Source of the DNA: a plasmid
Direction: 5' to 3' (one strand)
Length of the DNA stretch: 64,000 nt
Sequence record: NZ_CP069398.1
The position numbers were made by a program, and so were the translations under genes. This document shows positions 1 through 10,090 of this stretch, piece after piece (the stretch's first letter is position 1; each line of letters starts with the position of its first letter). A model generated the notes under the pieces. That model ran no database searches, was not told the DNA's origin, and worked only from the letters and a program-made list of their open reading frames with translations.

Positions 1-131
1 GGCTAAGCTTGTTTTAGTACCATTTATATGATGTAGGAAGGAGCACTTAAGGTTCCTTTGTTGGATTGATAAATCTATTCATAGAAAATCAAATGAAGTA
101 GAATATTGCAGCAGGAAGGGGAGAATATAAA

Positions 132-413
132 ATGAAATCAACAGGTATTGTACGAAAAGTAGATGAATTAGGTAGAGTTGTTATTCCAGTTGAGCTAAGA
201 AAGGTTCTTGCTATTAAAGAAAAAGACCCTATCGAGATCTTTGTTGATGGGAATCAAATTATTTTAAAGAAATACATGTCTTATAACGAATGTATAGTAA
301 CAGGTGACATCACTCCTCAAAATAAGGAATATGCAAAAGGTTTAGTGCTAAGTCCAAGAGGGGCAGAAATTTTAAAGAATGAAATAGAGTTTAAGTTCAA
401 TATAAAAGCTTAA
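132..413 (+). CDS. AbrB-family transition-state regulator (paralog 1, 93 aa)
   Basis: N-terminal MKSTGIVRKVDELGRVVIP matches the B. subtilis AbrB swapped-hairpin DNA-binding domain. Short (93 aa) with a conserved C-x-V-TG motif. RBS GGAGAA lies upstream. Confidence 0.85.
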   Translation: MKSTGIVRKVDELGRVVIPVELRKVLAIKEKDPIEIFVDGNQIILKKYMSYNECIVTGDITPQNKEYAKGLVLSPRGAEILKNEIEFKFNIKA

Positions 414-515
414 TTTATTCATGATTTTATAGAGTTGAGGTGATTTTTCAAAGGCTTGAAGCCTTGATAAATCTATAATGTGTAAAATTATGTATAAACG
501 ATAAATTTTGATGTT

Positions 516-556
516 ACGCCATCCCTTGTCTCCTGAGGGGTGGCGTTTTGTTTTTA
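516..556. terminator. Rho-independent terminator, bidirectional, between abrB paralog 1 and the convergent membrane-protein gene
   Basis: Hairpin acgccatccc...ggggtggcgt followed by a T-run (ttttgttttt). Confidence 0.65.
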
Positions 557-1033
557 TTTCTTTCCTGCTAAGAGCTTATTTTCCAGCTTATATATCCATT
601 TATAATATCCTAATACAATAAGTAAAAGTAAAGGATCCATAATGGCTGAATGCCATAGATTCCACCAACCGTATTTAAAGTATCCCCACGGTTCAGGTAA
701 TAATGTGATGGCTTCATAAAGTAAAATAGCTATCATCCAATAGAAAATATACATAATACGTTTATGAAAGGCTTCTCCAGAAGGATACCAATTTAGAAAC
801 ATCATATTCACTGGTGGAATCAATACTGTTAATGTAAGAATTTCACGCCACCCATCAATATCTTTAGAAAAGTACCAATAGCCATGATATTTTGTATCAA
901 TATATAAATCGCCGAGTTGTTGCAAAGCAATTGTAAATGCCCAAATATGTACGGTTTGATTTGCCGTCAATCTTTTATTTGTTTTAAACGCAATAAAGTT
1001 AAACAGAATAATAGCAATAATAAGTCCTATCAT
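554..1033 (-). CDS. Hypothetical integral membrane protein (W/Y-rich, multiple TM helices)
   Basis: 159-aa ORF with strongly hydrophobic segments. No recognisable catalytic motif. Confidence 0.45.
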   Translation of the reverse strand: MIGLIIAIILFNFIAFKTNKRLTANQTVHIWAFTIALQQLGDLYIDTKYHGYWYFSKDIDGWREILTLTVLIPPVNMMFLNWYPSGEAFHKRIMYIFYWMIAILLYEAITLLPEPWGYFKYGWWNLWHSAIMDPLLLLIVLGYYKWIYKLENKLLAGKK

Positions 1034-1747
1034 AAGGTCAATTTTCCTTTTTAACCAAATATACCATATACTGTTAATTAAAGAAAACTGCTAGTTACTT
1101 TATTTCGAATTTATCTTTATCCTGTTCACTCCAAGATCACACTTATCGACAAAAAGACAGTCTAAAAAAGTACACCTTTTTAGACTACAGGAAAATCAAT
1201 AATAATAAGTCTATTTATGTCACTTTAGGAGTTATTTTGCATCTATTTCAAGCGTTATTTTGCACTATAAGTAAATATAAAAAAGAAACCTGTACATATT
1301 TCTCAAACTCAATATTTGTTACAAAACTCGTCCTTTTCTGAACACACCTAGATCCGAGTTAAAAAGGATGTTTTTTCTTGCTATAGACGTTACAAAACTC
1401 TGTTCATTATTCTACGTCCAATAACCTAATAAAATCTATCTTAGGTTACAATGAAATCAAAGGAAAACCGAAATCAATCACCTGACATCCGTTACAACAG
1501 AAGTCGTAGCAGTTGCACGAAACAGCTTAATGATTGGACGTAAATAATGAAGAAACCCAGCTAATCTTTTCATGTGAAGGTAGCCGGGTATTAAAGTTAA
1601 ATGTGCAAAATAACACTTAAAATAAGCGCAATTTATCGGTCAAAGTGACAATCATGCTGAACATTAACGTTGCTCCACAGGGGAATAAAGAGAATATCAA
1701 GAAACGTTTACGTTTTATCAAATACTATATATTTTTAAATAACACAA

Positions 1748-1778
1748 AAAGAGAGGAGTTGTTCCTCTCTTTTCTTTA
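1748..1778 (-). terminator. Rho-independent terminator downstream of the MOP-family flippase gene
   Basis: Hairpin gagagg-gttgtt-cctctc. On the minus strand it is followed by a T-run (reverse complement of aacacaaaaa). Confidence 0.55.
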
Positions 1779-1796
1779 CATTCTTATTTATCCAGG

Positions 1797-3458
1797 TTAG
1801 TTATCTAGTTGTTTTCTATTTGATTTAAAGATTAATTTTTTTAATATAGCAGGTTCGTTACCAAATATTAGCTGAACCAAACCTGTTTTCATTGATAATA
1901 ATAAGTATGTGTAAGCACCTATTACACCGCAAATTAAGACAATAAGTACTGATTTAATTCGCAAATCAATATTAAAGAAATTTAAAAAATAGCTTAACAT
2001 TGCTGCAATAGCTCCCATTATTATTACTAATATAAACATGAATATAATTCTTTTTATCGCCACATTATAATTATAGTTCAAATATTTTTTTATCACCCAA
2101 AGGTTATATAATACCGATATTGTATAACCGATGTAAGTAGCGAAGACTGGTCCTAGTTCATGAAATGGATTAACAAGTAAAAAGTTGAAAATTATTTTAA
2201 AAACAATGCCAATACCAAGCCCTACTATAACCAATTTTTGTTTATCTATTCCTTGAAGCATAGCTGCTGTTACAGAGAACATAGCAAATAATAATGCAAC
2301 TGGAGAATACCACTTTAAAATTACACTTCCAATTTCATAAGCATTATGTATCCCGAAAAATGTAATATAGGCTGATTTTGAAAGAACTGAAAGACCTACT
2401 ACAGCAGGCAAAGTTACAAAAAATAGCATTTGGAAAGTTTGAGTTACCTGCTTTTTTAATGGTTCAATCTCCCTGGCGGTATACAATCTAGTGATACTTG
2501 GAATTAAAGATAAGCTTAGTGCTGTTGCCAATGAAACTGGAATTAGTACTAGAGTCTGTGTAAGTCCTAAAACTGAGTTTATAGTTTCTGCCTTTTTAAG
2601 AGTATACCCTATAGACATGTAAAGTTTGTTAACCATAAAAGTATCTATTAACTGATAAAATGGTATAGCTAAACCCACTAATACAAAAGGTATAGCATAA
2701 GCAATTAACTCTTTATACATGCTACCTAGAGGTATATTTTTTCTAACAGTTGATTCATTATATAAATTGTTAATATGACTACGTTGTTTTTTCCAGTAGT
2801 AATAAATCACCACTAAACCCGCTAACGCCCCAGAAAAAGCACCAAAAGTAGCTACACCAGCTGCTACTGATACACTTTTATCTAATAACTTAACTACGAC
2901 GAATCCTCCTAAAAGAATCCATATAATTCTTATGATCTGCTCAATAACTTGTGATACACCTGTTGGTTCCATAGAATTATACCCTTGAAAGAAACCTCTT
3001 GAAATACTTAATATAGGAACAATAATTAAAGCAAAGCTTACTGTTCTCATTACCATAATAACATCACTAATTGAGTTACCGGAGTGATCATCTTTACCAA
3101 TTAAAAAAGAGGCTAATATAGGCGACAAATTATATAAAATTAAAAATGCTAAAAATCCCGTTATAGACATAATAATCATACTGGTTTTCATTAACCTTCT
3201 GCCTGTATGATAATCACCCAATTGATTATATTTAGATACAAATTTTGACACCGCTAAGGGTAAACCAGCAGTTGCTATACTGAGCATAATAGTATAAGGC
3301 CTATATGCATACATATAGAGTGCGAACCCTTGTGTACCTACCAGTGAAGTGAAGGGAATAACATAAATAAATCCTAAAAATTTTGAAATGAATGTTGCCA
3401 TTGTTAAAATTAAAGTGTTCCTCATAAGGCTTGAAGATTTTGATTCCATATATTCCAA
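1797..3458 (-). CDS. Polysaccharide biosynthesis protein, MOP/Wzx-type flippase family (SpoVB/YabM-like)
   Basis: 553 aa with about 14 predicted TM helices. N-terminal LMRNTLILTMATFISKFLGFIYVIPFT is typical of MOP exporters. Confidence 0.65.
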   Translation of the reverse strand: MEYMESKSSSLMRNTLILTMATFISKFLGFIYVIPFTSLVGTQGFALYMYAYRPYTIMLSIATAGLPLAVSKFVSKYNQLGDYHTGRRLMKTSMIIMSITGFLAFLILYNLSPILASFLIGKDDHSGNSISDVIMVMRTVSFALIIVPILSISRGFFQGYNSMEPTGVSQVIEQIIRIIWILLGGFVVVKLLDKSVSVAAGVATFGAFSGALAGLVVIYYYWKKQRSHINNLYNESTVRKNIPLGSMYKELIAYAIPFVLVGLAIPFYQLIDTFMVNKLYMSIGYTLKKAETINSVLGLTQTLVLIPVSLATALSLSLIPSITRLYTAREIEPLKKQVTQTFQMLFFVTLPAVVGLSVLSKSAYITFFGIHNAYEIGSVILKWYSPVALLFAMFSVTAAMLQGIDKQKLVIVGLGIGIVFKIIFNFLLVNPFHELGPVFATYIGYTISVLYNLWVIKKYLNYNYNVAIKRIIFMFILVIIMGAIAAMLSYFLNFFNIDLRIKSVLIVLICGVIGAYTYLLLSMKTGLVQLIFGNEPAILKKLIFKSNRKQLDN

Positions 3459-3633
3459 TCCTAACTTAATAAATTATTGATCATTTCATTAACCTTCTAA
3501 AAAAGTTAAATATTTCAACAAGTTATATTGTACAGATAATTCTTATATTTTTCATCTAAATTTGTAATATCATTATAAAAGACTATTACTATAGAGATAT
3601 CTTAGAATCTTTATAGCAACAGTCTTTTTTTCA

Positions 3634-4168
3634 TTAACTTATCTTAGTATTTTTCACGCTTAAATCTCTAATTAAATCTTGAATTTCGTTATTATCATAA
3701 ATTTTCTTTATCATTCCCTCTTTATCTAACAAGAACAAAGTAGGTACTTCTTTTATTTGATAATTAACCGAGAGGTCGTTCGATCGAATTAAATACATAT
3801 TCTTGTGAGTGACTAAGTTTGATAAATTTTCAAGTTCAGGATTTTCATCAGCTATAACAATTACTCTAATTGAAGGTGGAATCTTATTTTTAATTAATAT
3901 AAAGGTTTCTTTACACATATTACATATATCATCCGCAAAGAATAACAAAGTAAATGAATTATTAAAGTCACTTAATTTAACTAAATTCCCTTCATTATCG
4001 GTTTCTTTAAAAAGTGGAGCTTTCTTTCCAGCTGCCAACAAATTAGAATTTGTTTTTTCGATACGTAGATTTTTAAGGAAATGAGTAATAGATTTTGTGA
4101 GTAGAAATATAAATAAAGTTTGGATTATCACAACAACCCAAAGAATTATATTAGAGTATACTAAAGTA
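3634..4168 (-). CDS. TlpA/ResA-like membrane-anchored thiol-disulfide oxidoreductase (CxxC = CNMC), 3' portion. The gene is split by a transposon; its native ATG and first 4 codons lie at 17316..17305 on the other side of the insertion.
   Basis: N-terminal TM helix, then a thioredoxin fold with a CNMC motif. Removing 4169..17299 plus one copy of AAGTA reconstitutes ATG GGA CAT ACT TTA GTA TAC..., which reads MGHTLVYSNIILWVV... A GGTG RBS lies 7 nt upstream. The ORF-track extension into 4169..4305 is transposon IR and left-arm sequence. Confidence 0.7.
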
Positions 4169-4210
4169 GGGGTACGACCGAGGTACTTGTAAAAAAGGGT
4201 CATAGCATGG
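4169..4210 (+). repeat. Left terminal inverted repeat of the Tn3-family transposon
   Basis: GGGGTACGACCGAGGTACTTGTAAAAAAGGGTCATAGCATGG. Matches the reverse complement of 17258..17299. Confidence 0.8.
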
Positions 4211-4582
4211 ATTTTTTTTACATTTACAACCCTTTTTACTCTGTAGGGTAGGGTGGGGTCAGAAAAGTGCGGTTGTTGGTAGGATCCTAATAGGGGTAGT
4301 GTCATTGTCGCTACTCCTATTAAGGAATACTTAAACTAAATCACAAATTAATAAGAAGAAACACATCTTAAAAAATGAGCATTGAACCTTTGCATAATAA
4401 GCAAAAGTCCTTTAAAATTTGTTAGCCGGGTAGAAAATGCTATAATGCTCTTATAAAAAAGAATGGATGCAAAATAGTTTAGGTAAGTTCTAAAACGATT
4501 TCTTTTATTCTTCGACAAACAGGCCAGATTCGTAATTTCTCAAGAGAATAATACAAGTCGCTGTAGGGGTTTTTGTGTTTTT

Positions 4583-5570
4583 TCACTTATGATTACTTTG
4601 ATATACAAGACCTATTTCATCTCTCACTTTATCCAACACTTGTATCGTGGTGTATGAATTTTTATATGAGTTAGTATCAGACTCTGTTTTTCCTCGGTTG
4701 ATTAATTCAATAAATTCTTTCACTTCGTAATACATAGCTGGATGAGATTGGTCGACTGTTAATTGTTCAACCGTGCCGTCAGTGTAGTGAATTTCTACTT
4801 TTTCAGCCGTATGAATCTTATCAATCATGATACTTCCTTTTTCGCCTTGAATTTCGCTTGGTAAATAAGAGTTCGTTATTTTGGAATACATCACAATCGC
4901 ATCTTTATCATCATATTTTAAGATGACGCTACCTTCACCATCCACACCCGAATCAAGCATAATGCCAGTTGCCTTCACTTCTTTTGGTTCACCAAATAAT
5001 GTAATAAGTGGATACAAACAATAGACACCAAGGTCCATTAATGAACCGTTCGCAAACTCTGGATTGAAGGCATTAAGGACAATTCCTTCTTTGTATTTAT
5101 CATAACGAGATGAATACTGACAATAGCTTGCAAAGTATCTACGGATAGGACCAATTTTATGTAAATTATCTTGAATGACCTTGAAGTTTGGAAGTAAGGT
5201 TGATTTCATTGCTTCCATTAATAGGGCGTTATGATCTTTTGCGGCTTGAATCATCCTCGCTACTTCGGTTGCATTAACAGCCAGTGGCTTTTCACATAAC
5301 ACATGTTTGCCATTTTGCAAAAATAAAATAGCTTGTTCTGCGTGATATGAATTGGGAGTAGCCAATGTACACCGCGTCAATTTCTTGACTAACTGCCATT
5401 TCTTTTAGGTTTGTAAATATTTTTGTTACTCCATATTTACTTGCAAATTCTTCTGCTCTACTAATCGTGCGAGAATAAACAGCAGTTAGTTTAAAATCTT
5501 CTACATCATTTGCTGCTTCAAGTAATCTTTCTGTAATCCAATTAGTACCGATTACGCCGAATCGAACCAT
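4583..5570 (-). pseudogene. Gfo/Idh/MocA-family NAD(P)-dependent oxidoreductase, frameshifted
   Basis: The N-terminal Rossmann part (MVRFGVIGTNWITERLL..., 92-aa ORF) and the C-terminal part (265-aa ORF beginning ...TPNSYHAEQAI) lie in different frames and overlap at 5292..5380. One indel near 5350 would fuse them. Confidence 0.6.
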
Positions 5571-5928
5571 TTATTCAACCTCATTCCTTTGTTTTATAAA
5601 ACGAAGAGTTTTGTTTACTACACTTATGAAGCGTTTTTCATCGCCAATAGGATTTTATTTTCCCATAAAAAAACTTATATAGACATGGGGCCTACCAGTG
5701 AAATATTGGTGATAACCCAAATAGGGCTCATACTGTGAGTGATGGCTAAATTCTTGGCTGTGCCCCACCCAATAATGATCTCTGATCCGGCCATAGAAGG
5801 GACTGAATCAGAGGCTATTTTTTCTTTCCTGTATGGACTGTGTTATTTGTAATATGCAGTAAAGACCGCAATTCATAAAAGAAATAAATGCGGTCTTTAC
5901 GATGTTTCCATATTTTTTAAAGTGTACT

Positions 5929-6486
5929 CTATTCGAGATTGGCATGTTTGCCGTACATTTTAGTAGAGTCTAAGCCTTTTTTTTCCATAAAACGCAAGAT
6001 CAATGCATCATAAAATAATAACATCGTTTGCTCAAAAAGTGACCCCATTGGTTGTATGGTCTTATATTCACTTTCAGATTGATCTTTCGGTGATCCAGGC
6101 AATTTAATGATAATATCAGCTAATTTTCCAATCGTGGAGTCAGGGGAAATCGTTACAGCTGCGACCGTCCCACCTAAACTTTTTGCTTTTTCAGCGATTG
6201 AAACCAAGGTTTTCGTTTCACCTGAACCTGAACCGATGATCAACAAATCACCTTTTTCTAAATTTGCTGTTACAGTTTCACCGACTACATAAGCATCGAT
6301 CCCCATGTGCATCATTCTCATCACGAAAGATTTGCCCATAAATCCAGATCTGCCCGCACCTGCAACAAAGATTTTTTTGGATTCCAGAATCTTATTAACC
6401 AACTTCTCTGCTTCTTCGTCAGAGATTAAGTCGACTGTCCGACTTAATTCTTGAACGACTTCAGCTAAATATTGAGTAGTTTTCAT
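5929..6486 (-). CDS. hxlB: 6-phospho-3-hexuloisomerase (PHI, SIS domain)
   Basis: 185 aa. SIS-domain motifs (KIFVAGAGRSGFMGKSF, IIGSGSGET). Sits immediately downstream of hxlA, as in B. subtilis. Confidence 0.85.
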   Translation of the reverse strand: MKTTQYLAEVVQELSRTVDLISDEEAEKLVNKILESKKIFVAGAGRSGFMGKSFVMRMMHMGIDAYVVGETVTANLEKGDLLIIGSGSGETKTLVSIAEKAKSLGGTVAAVTISPDSTIGKLADIIIKLPGSPKDQSESEYKTIQPMGSLFEQTMLLFYDALILRFMEKKGLDSTKMYGKHANLE

Positions 6487-6494
6487 AGTTATAA

Positions 6495-7127
6495 TTAACC
6501 TTGTTTAATTAATTCTTGCATTTTAGCTGCAACTGCTTTTTTATCGTCTTTGCTTGTGATACCGCCACCTACGATGACAAGATCTGGTTGTACTTTAATC
6601 ACATCTGGAAGTGTTTCTAATTTGATTCCGCCTGCAATAGCAGTTTTCGCATTTTTTACAACGCTCTTAATGGTTGCAAGGTCTTCGAAAGAATTTTTTC
6701 CTACAGCTTGAAGGTCATAACCTGTGTGAACGCAGATATAATCTACTCCTAGTTCATCCAGTTCTTTCGCACGACCTTCAATGTCTTTAACTGCGATCAT
6801 ATCAGCAAGGATTTGTTTACCTTGTTTTTTTGCTTCTTCTACAGCACCTTTAATGGACTCGTCTTCAGCTGTACCAAGAATGGTGATGATGTCAGCGCCT
6901 GCTGCAGATGCTTGGCTAACTTCATATCCAGCTGCATCCATGATTTTAAGGTCAGCTAATACAGTTAAGTTAGGGAAGGCAGCTTTCACTTCCTTTACTG
7001 CTTTAAGGCCTTCATTAATCACAACCGGCGTGCCGATTTCTACAACATCTATATGATTTTCTACTTCTTTCACCAATTCAATGGCTCCTGGAATATCTAC
7101 AAGATCTAATGCTAATTGTAATTTCAT
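6495..7127 (-). CDS. hxlA: 3-hexulose-6-phosphate synthase (HPS, OMP-decarboxylase-like fold)
   Basis: 210 aa beginning MKLQLALDLVDIPGAIELVKEV..., characteristic of HPS. Divergent from hxlR. Confidence 0.85.
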   Translation of the reverse strand: MKLQLALDLVDIPGAIELVKEVENHIDVVEIGTPVVINEGLKAVKEVKAAFPNLTVLADLKIMDAAGYEVSQASAAGADIITILGTAEDESIKGAVEEAKKQGKQILADMIAVKDIEGRAKELDELGVDYICVHTGYDLQAVGKNSFEDLATIKSVVKNAKTAIAGGIKLETLPDVIKVQPDLVIVGGGITSKDDKKAVAAKMQELIKQG

Positions 7128-7204
7128 TTATTACTCGCTCCTTATATAATAGTATAATTGTGCCGTATAGCTTTCTTTTGCACAGTGTTATTGTATCCAA
7201 TTGA

Positions 7205-7320
7205 TAGCTATTTACTAACGGTATGATACTCAGTATACTGGGTATGTTACTAAATTAAAAGTATGCACTTTTTTATCATATAGTAACAAAAAGTATACTA
7301 TGGGACATAATAAGGGTTGG
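7205..7320. promoter_or_regulatory. Candidate hxlA promoter/HxlR operator region with repeated AGTATACT-N-GGG motifs
   Basis: The divergent hxlR-hxlA intergenic region contains ...GATACTCAGTATACTGGGTATG... and ...AAAAGTATACTATGGGACA..., direct repeats positioned like the B. subtilis BRH boxes. Confidence 0.3.
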
Positions 7321-7331
7321 AGGTGAAATGA

Positions 7332-7697
7332 ATGCCGAATCTTGGGGAAAAAGTGTTTAATTGTGAAAAAGAATTGACTCTTTCGATTATTGGTGGAAAA
7401 TGGAAAATGTTGGTATTGTGGCATCTAGGAAAAGAAGGAACCAAACGTTTTGGTGAACTAAAGGCCCTCATGCCGGGTATCACTCAAAGAATGCTTGTTA
7501 ATCAATTGCGCGAACTTGAAGACCATTTGATTGTTCATCGTGAAGTCTATCCTGTCGTTCCACCAAAAGTTGAATACTCACTCACTGAGTATGGAAGAAG
7601 TCTGATGCCTATTCTGGAAGCTATGTATGACTGGGGTAAAGATTATATTGAGAATGTATTGGAAAAAGAAACAGAAAACAAATCGTCTATTCAGTAG
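7332..7697 (+). CDS. hxlR: HxlR-family (MarR-like wHTH) transcriptional regulator
   Basis: 121 aa with the HxlR-family signature: [21 protein letters not shown]...[15 protein letters not shown]. Divergent to hxlAB. Confidence 0.85.
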   Translation: MPNLGEKVFNCEKELTLSIIGGKWKMLVLWHLGKEGTKRFGELKALMPGITQRMLVNQLRELEDHLIVHREVYPVVPPKVEYSLTEYGRSLMPILEAMYDWGKDYIENVLEKETENKSSIQ

Positions 7698-7859
7698 AAA
7701 AAAGAGTTTCTCCTAGGGGTTCGAAAAAGTGTAAAAAAGTTCATATACTAACAAACCACGGTTAGCTATCTTAATAAAGATGCTGTCCGTGTTTTTTTAT
7801 ATCTCTACGTATTTAAAAGGTTGAAAAAACACAACATTTAATAAAAGAATCAGTTACTA

Positions 7860-7906
7860 AAAAGCCAAGGGCAGCGAATCTTGTATAATCGCTGTCCTTG
7901 GCTTTT
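7860..7906 (+). terminator. Rho-independent terminator after hxlR
   Basis: 17-bp perfect stem aaagccaagggcagcg / cgctgtccttggcttt, followed by Ts. Confidence 0.6.
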
Positions 7907-8158
7907 CACTCTTGGTATTGGATTCAAGTTTATAGTATTATTTTTAACACTATGTTATACCAATGTATCTATATGTTAATAAAGTGCGTACTTTCAAAAG
8001 TATAACATACGTAATATACTGATTTTGCTCAAGTAATAGCGAGCTTAAAGAATACTACCAAACCTTAAGGGAATACTGCTACAAGCATGGTGAGATGAAG
8101 TGAAACTTCATTTAATAATTTATACATGTTGTTGCTTTTTACGAAAGGAGAGATCCGC

Positions 8159-8323
8159 ATGGAAAGGTTCAAAACTAAGCAGCGAAAAGTTTGTGAAAGA
8201 TGTCTAATCATCACCATAAATAATGAAACCTGTCCAAAATGTGGACATTCTCAATTAAGAGATATCATTATTACCGGACAAGCTGGGAGAAATAAACGAA
8301 ACTTACATCCAAAAGTAGGATAA
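8159..8323 (+). CDS. Small zinc-ribbon protein (CxxC...CxxC), hypothetical
   Basis: 54-aa ORF MERFKTKQRKVCERCL...CPKCGH. A good RBS AAAGGAGAG lies 6 nt upstream of the ATG at 8159. The ORF track shows a longer, unlikely extension. Confidence 0.35.
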   Translation: MERFKTKQRKVCERCLIITINNETCPKCGHSQLRDIIITGQAGRNKRNLHPKVG

Positions 8324-8419
8324 CGCAATAGCGAAAATCCTTGTTGTTTTGTAGGGGAAACGAAGAAAATCAGACATTTTTCTATTTGAAAATGCTTTGA
8401 AAAAGTGGAGGAATGAAAA

Positions 8420-9892
8420 GTGGATTCTATGACGTTTGTCTTATTTGGGGCAACTGGGGATTTAGCTAAGCGAAAAATCTACCCTGCCTTGTTTAATTTA
8501 TATTTGAATCAAAAATTACCAGATTCTTTTTTGATCATTGGTGTAGGAATAGACGAAATGTCTGATGTTGATTTTCAAAACCATGTAACAGACTCGCTAT
8601 ACACTTTTTCTAGACACTTGATAAATGATAAATCCGAAAAACAAGAGTTTGTAAAGGCATTTCGTTATTGCCAGTTAGATTTCACGAATGCTGAAGGGTA
8701 TAAGAAGTTAGTTGAAGTCGTTCAACAAAATGAAAAAGACCAGAGTATTGAAGAGAATCGAATGTTTTATCTTTCTGTTGCTCCTGAATTCTTTGATGTA
8801 ATTGCTTTAAACATAAAGGAGAGTGGCTTAGGTTCGACAAAGGGATGGAAACGATTGATTATCGAAAAACCATTTGGGTATGACTTAAAATCTGCTGAAG
8901 ATTTAAACGAAAAATTAAGCAAAGCTTTTGAAGAAGATGAAATTTTCCGGATTGACCATTATCTCGGAAAACCAATGGTTCAAAACCTTGAAGCCTTGGA
9001 ATTTGCCAATCCTGTGCTGCAATCACTTTGGAACAATCGGTTTATTGCCAATGTGCAAATTACGGCTAGTGAAACGGTTGGTGTAGAAGAGAGGGCTGGT
9101 TATTATGACCAAGCAGGCGCTATTCGTGATATGGTTCAAAATCATATGCTACAGCTGTTGATGATGACAGCCATGCATCTCCCAAAACAGATTAGTGCAA
9201 AAGATATCCGTAATGAGAAAAGAAAAGTTATGGAATCTCTGCGACCATTACAGAAAAATACTGTAGGTATCCACGTCGTTCGTGGCCAATATGGATCAGG
9301 TGAAATAAACGGTACACCAGTAGTCAGATACTTAGAAGAACCTGGCGTTGATGCTTCTTCTAAAAACGATACATTCGTCGCTGCTCGTCTATGGATTGAT
9401 AATTCCTTCTGGGACGGGGTCCCATTCTATATCCGGACAGGAAAAAGAATGACGGAAAAATTAACGCGGATTGTGATTGAATTCAAAAACCCATTAAAGA
9501 ATTTGTATACCAATGAAATCCAAAATGCTGAACCCAATCTATTAGTTATTAATGTAAGTCCTAATGAAGGTGTTTCGTTGCAGTTAAATAGTAAAAACCC
9601 GATAAATGGAAAATTAGAACCTATTGTTGTTGATTTTTCAGCGAGTAAAAAAGACGTGCCCGAAGCATATGAACTCTTAATATTTGATGCTCTGCGTGGG
9701 GACTCTACCTTCTTTGCTCATTGGGACGAAGTTGAATTATCTTGGAAATGGGTACAGCCCGTTTTAGAGGCGTTTGAGGAAAATGCCCTTCCACTCCACC
9801 TATATCAAGCCGGTTCGATGGGGCCACAAGCTGCTTCGCAATTATTGGAGGAGGATGGTTTTAAATGGTGGGAAACTAGGGGGGGAGTTTAA
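8420..9892 (+). CDS. zwf: Glucose-6-phosphate 1-dehydrogenase
   Basis: 490 aa. Dinucleotide-binding motif FGATGDLAKRKIYPAL. Conserved G6PD segments (RIDHYLGK, EKPFG). Confidence 0.9.
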   Translation: MDSMTFVLFGATGDLAKRKIYPALFNLYLNQKLPDSFLIIGVGIDEMSDVDFQNHVTDSLYTFSRHLINDKSEKQEFVKAFRYCQLDFTNAEGYKKLVEVVQQNEKDQSIEENRMFYLSVAPEFFDVIALNIKESGLGSTKGWKRLIIEKPFGYDLKSAEDLNEKLSKAFEEDEIFRIDHYLGKPMVQNLEALEFANPVLQSLWNNRFIANVQITASETVGVEERAGYYDQAGAIRDMVQNHMLQLLMMTAMHLPKQISAKDIRNEKRKVMESLRPLQKNTVGIHVVRGQYGSGEINGTPVVRYLEEPGVDASSKNDTFVAARLWIDNSFWDGVPFYIRTGKRMTEKLTRIVIEFKNPLKNLYTNEIQNAEPNLLVINVSPNEGVSLQLNSKNPINGKLEPIVVDFSASKKDVPEAYELLIFDALRGDSTFFAHWDEVELSWKWVQPVLEAFEENALPLHLYQAGSMGPQAASQLLEEDGFKWWETRGGV

Positions 9893-10090
9893 TCCGCACC
9901 TCCCTGGAAGGCTATTGGTATGAAGAGAGCAAACCGAGGTTGGATTTGACAGATAATTGTTACGCGATTTACCCAAGGAACTTAAAGTATTTGTTGAATC
10001 CTTATGGTTCCATAAGGAGACCATGAAGAACAACAAATGGGTAGCATAATAATACAGGCTATTTTTTGTAATTTAAAGGAGGAAACTCAA

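Noticed and set aside
1034-1796. 760-bp ORF-poor gap between the membrane-protein gene and the flippase gene as a riboswitch or ncRNA
   Set aside because: Contains a hairpin (gtctaaaaa-gtacacc-tttttagac) but no recognisable riboswitch consensus. Evidence insufficient.
3809-4084. Antisense ORFs inside well-supported genes (for example 3809..4084, 6107..6292, 6781..7056, 12643..12846, 16798..17016, 18131..18343, 25397..25582, 29642..29965, 32783..33400, 35093..35305, 49648..50078, 51356..51616)
   Set aside because: They fall entirely within longer, motif-supported ORFs on the opposite strand or another frame, with low-complexity or odd composition. Most likely non-coding.
4169-4305. N-terminal 45-aa extension of the 223-aa thioredoxin-like ORF (3634..4305)
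   Set aside because: This stretch lies inside the transposon IRL and left arm. The native N-terminus is on the other side of the element (17316..17305). Only 3634..4168 is host gene.
7230-7483. Two small minus-strand ORFs in the hxlR-hxlA intergenic region
   Set aside because: They overlap the divergent promoter/operator region and the 5' end of hxlR, with no RBS. Regulatory DNA is the more parsimonious reading.
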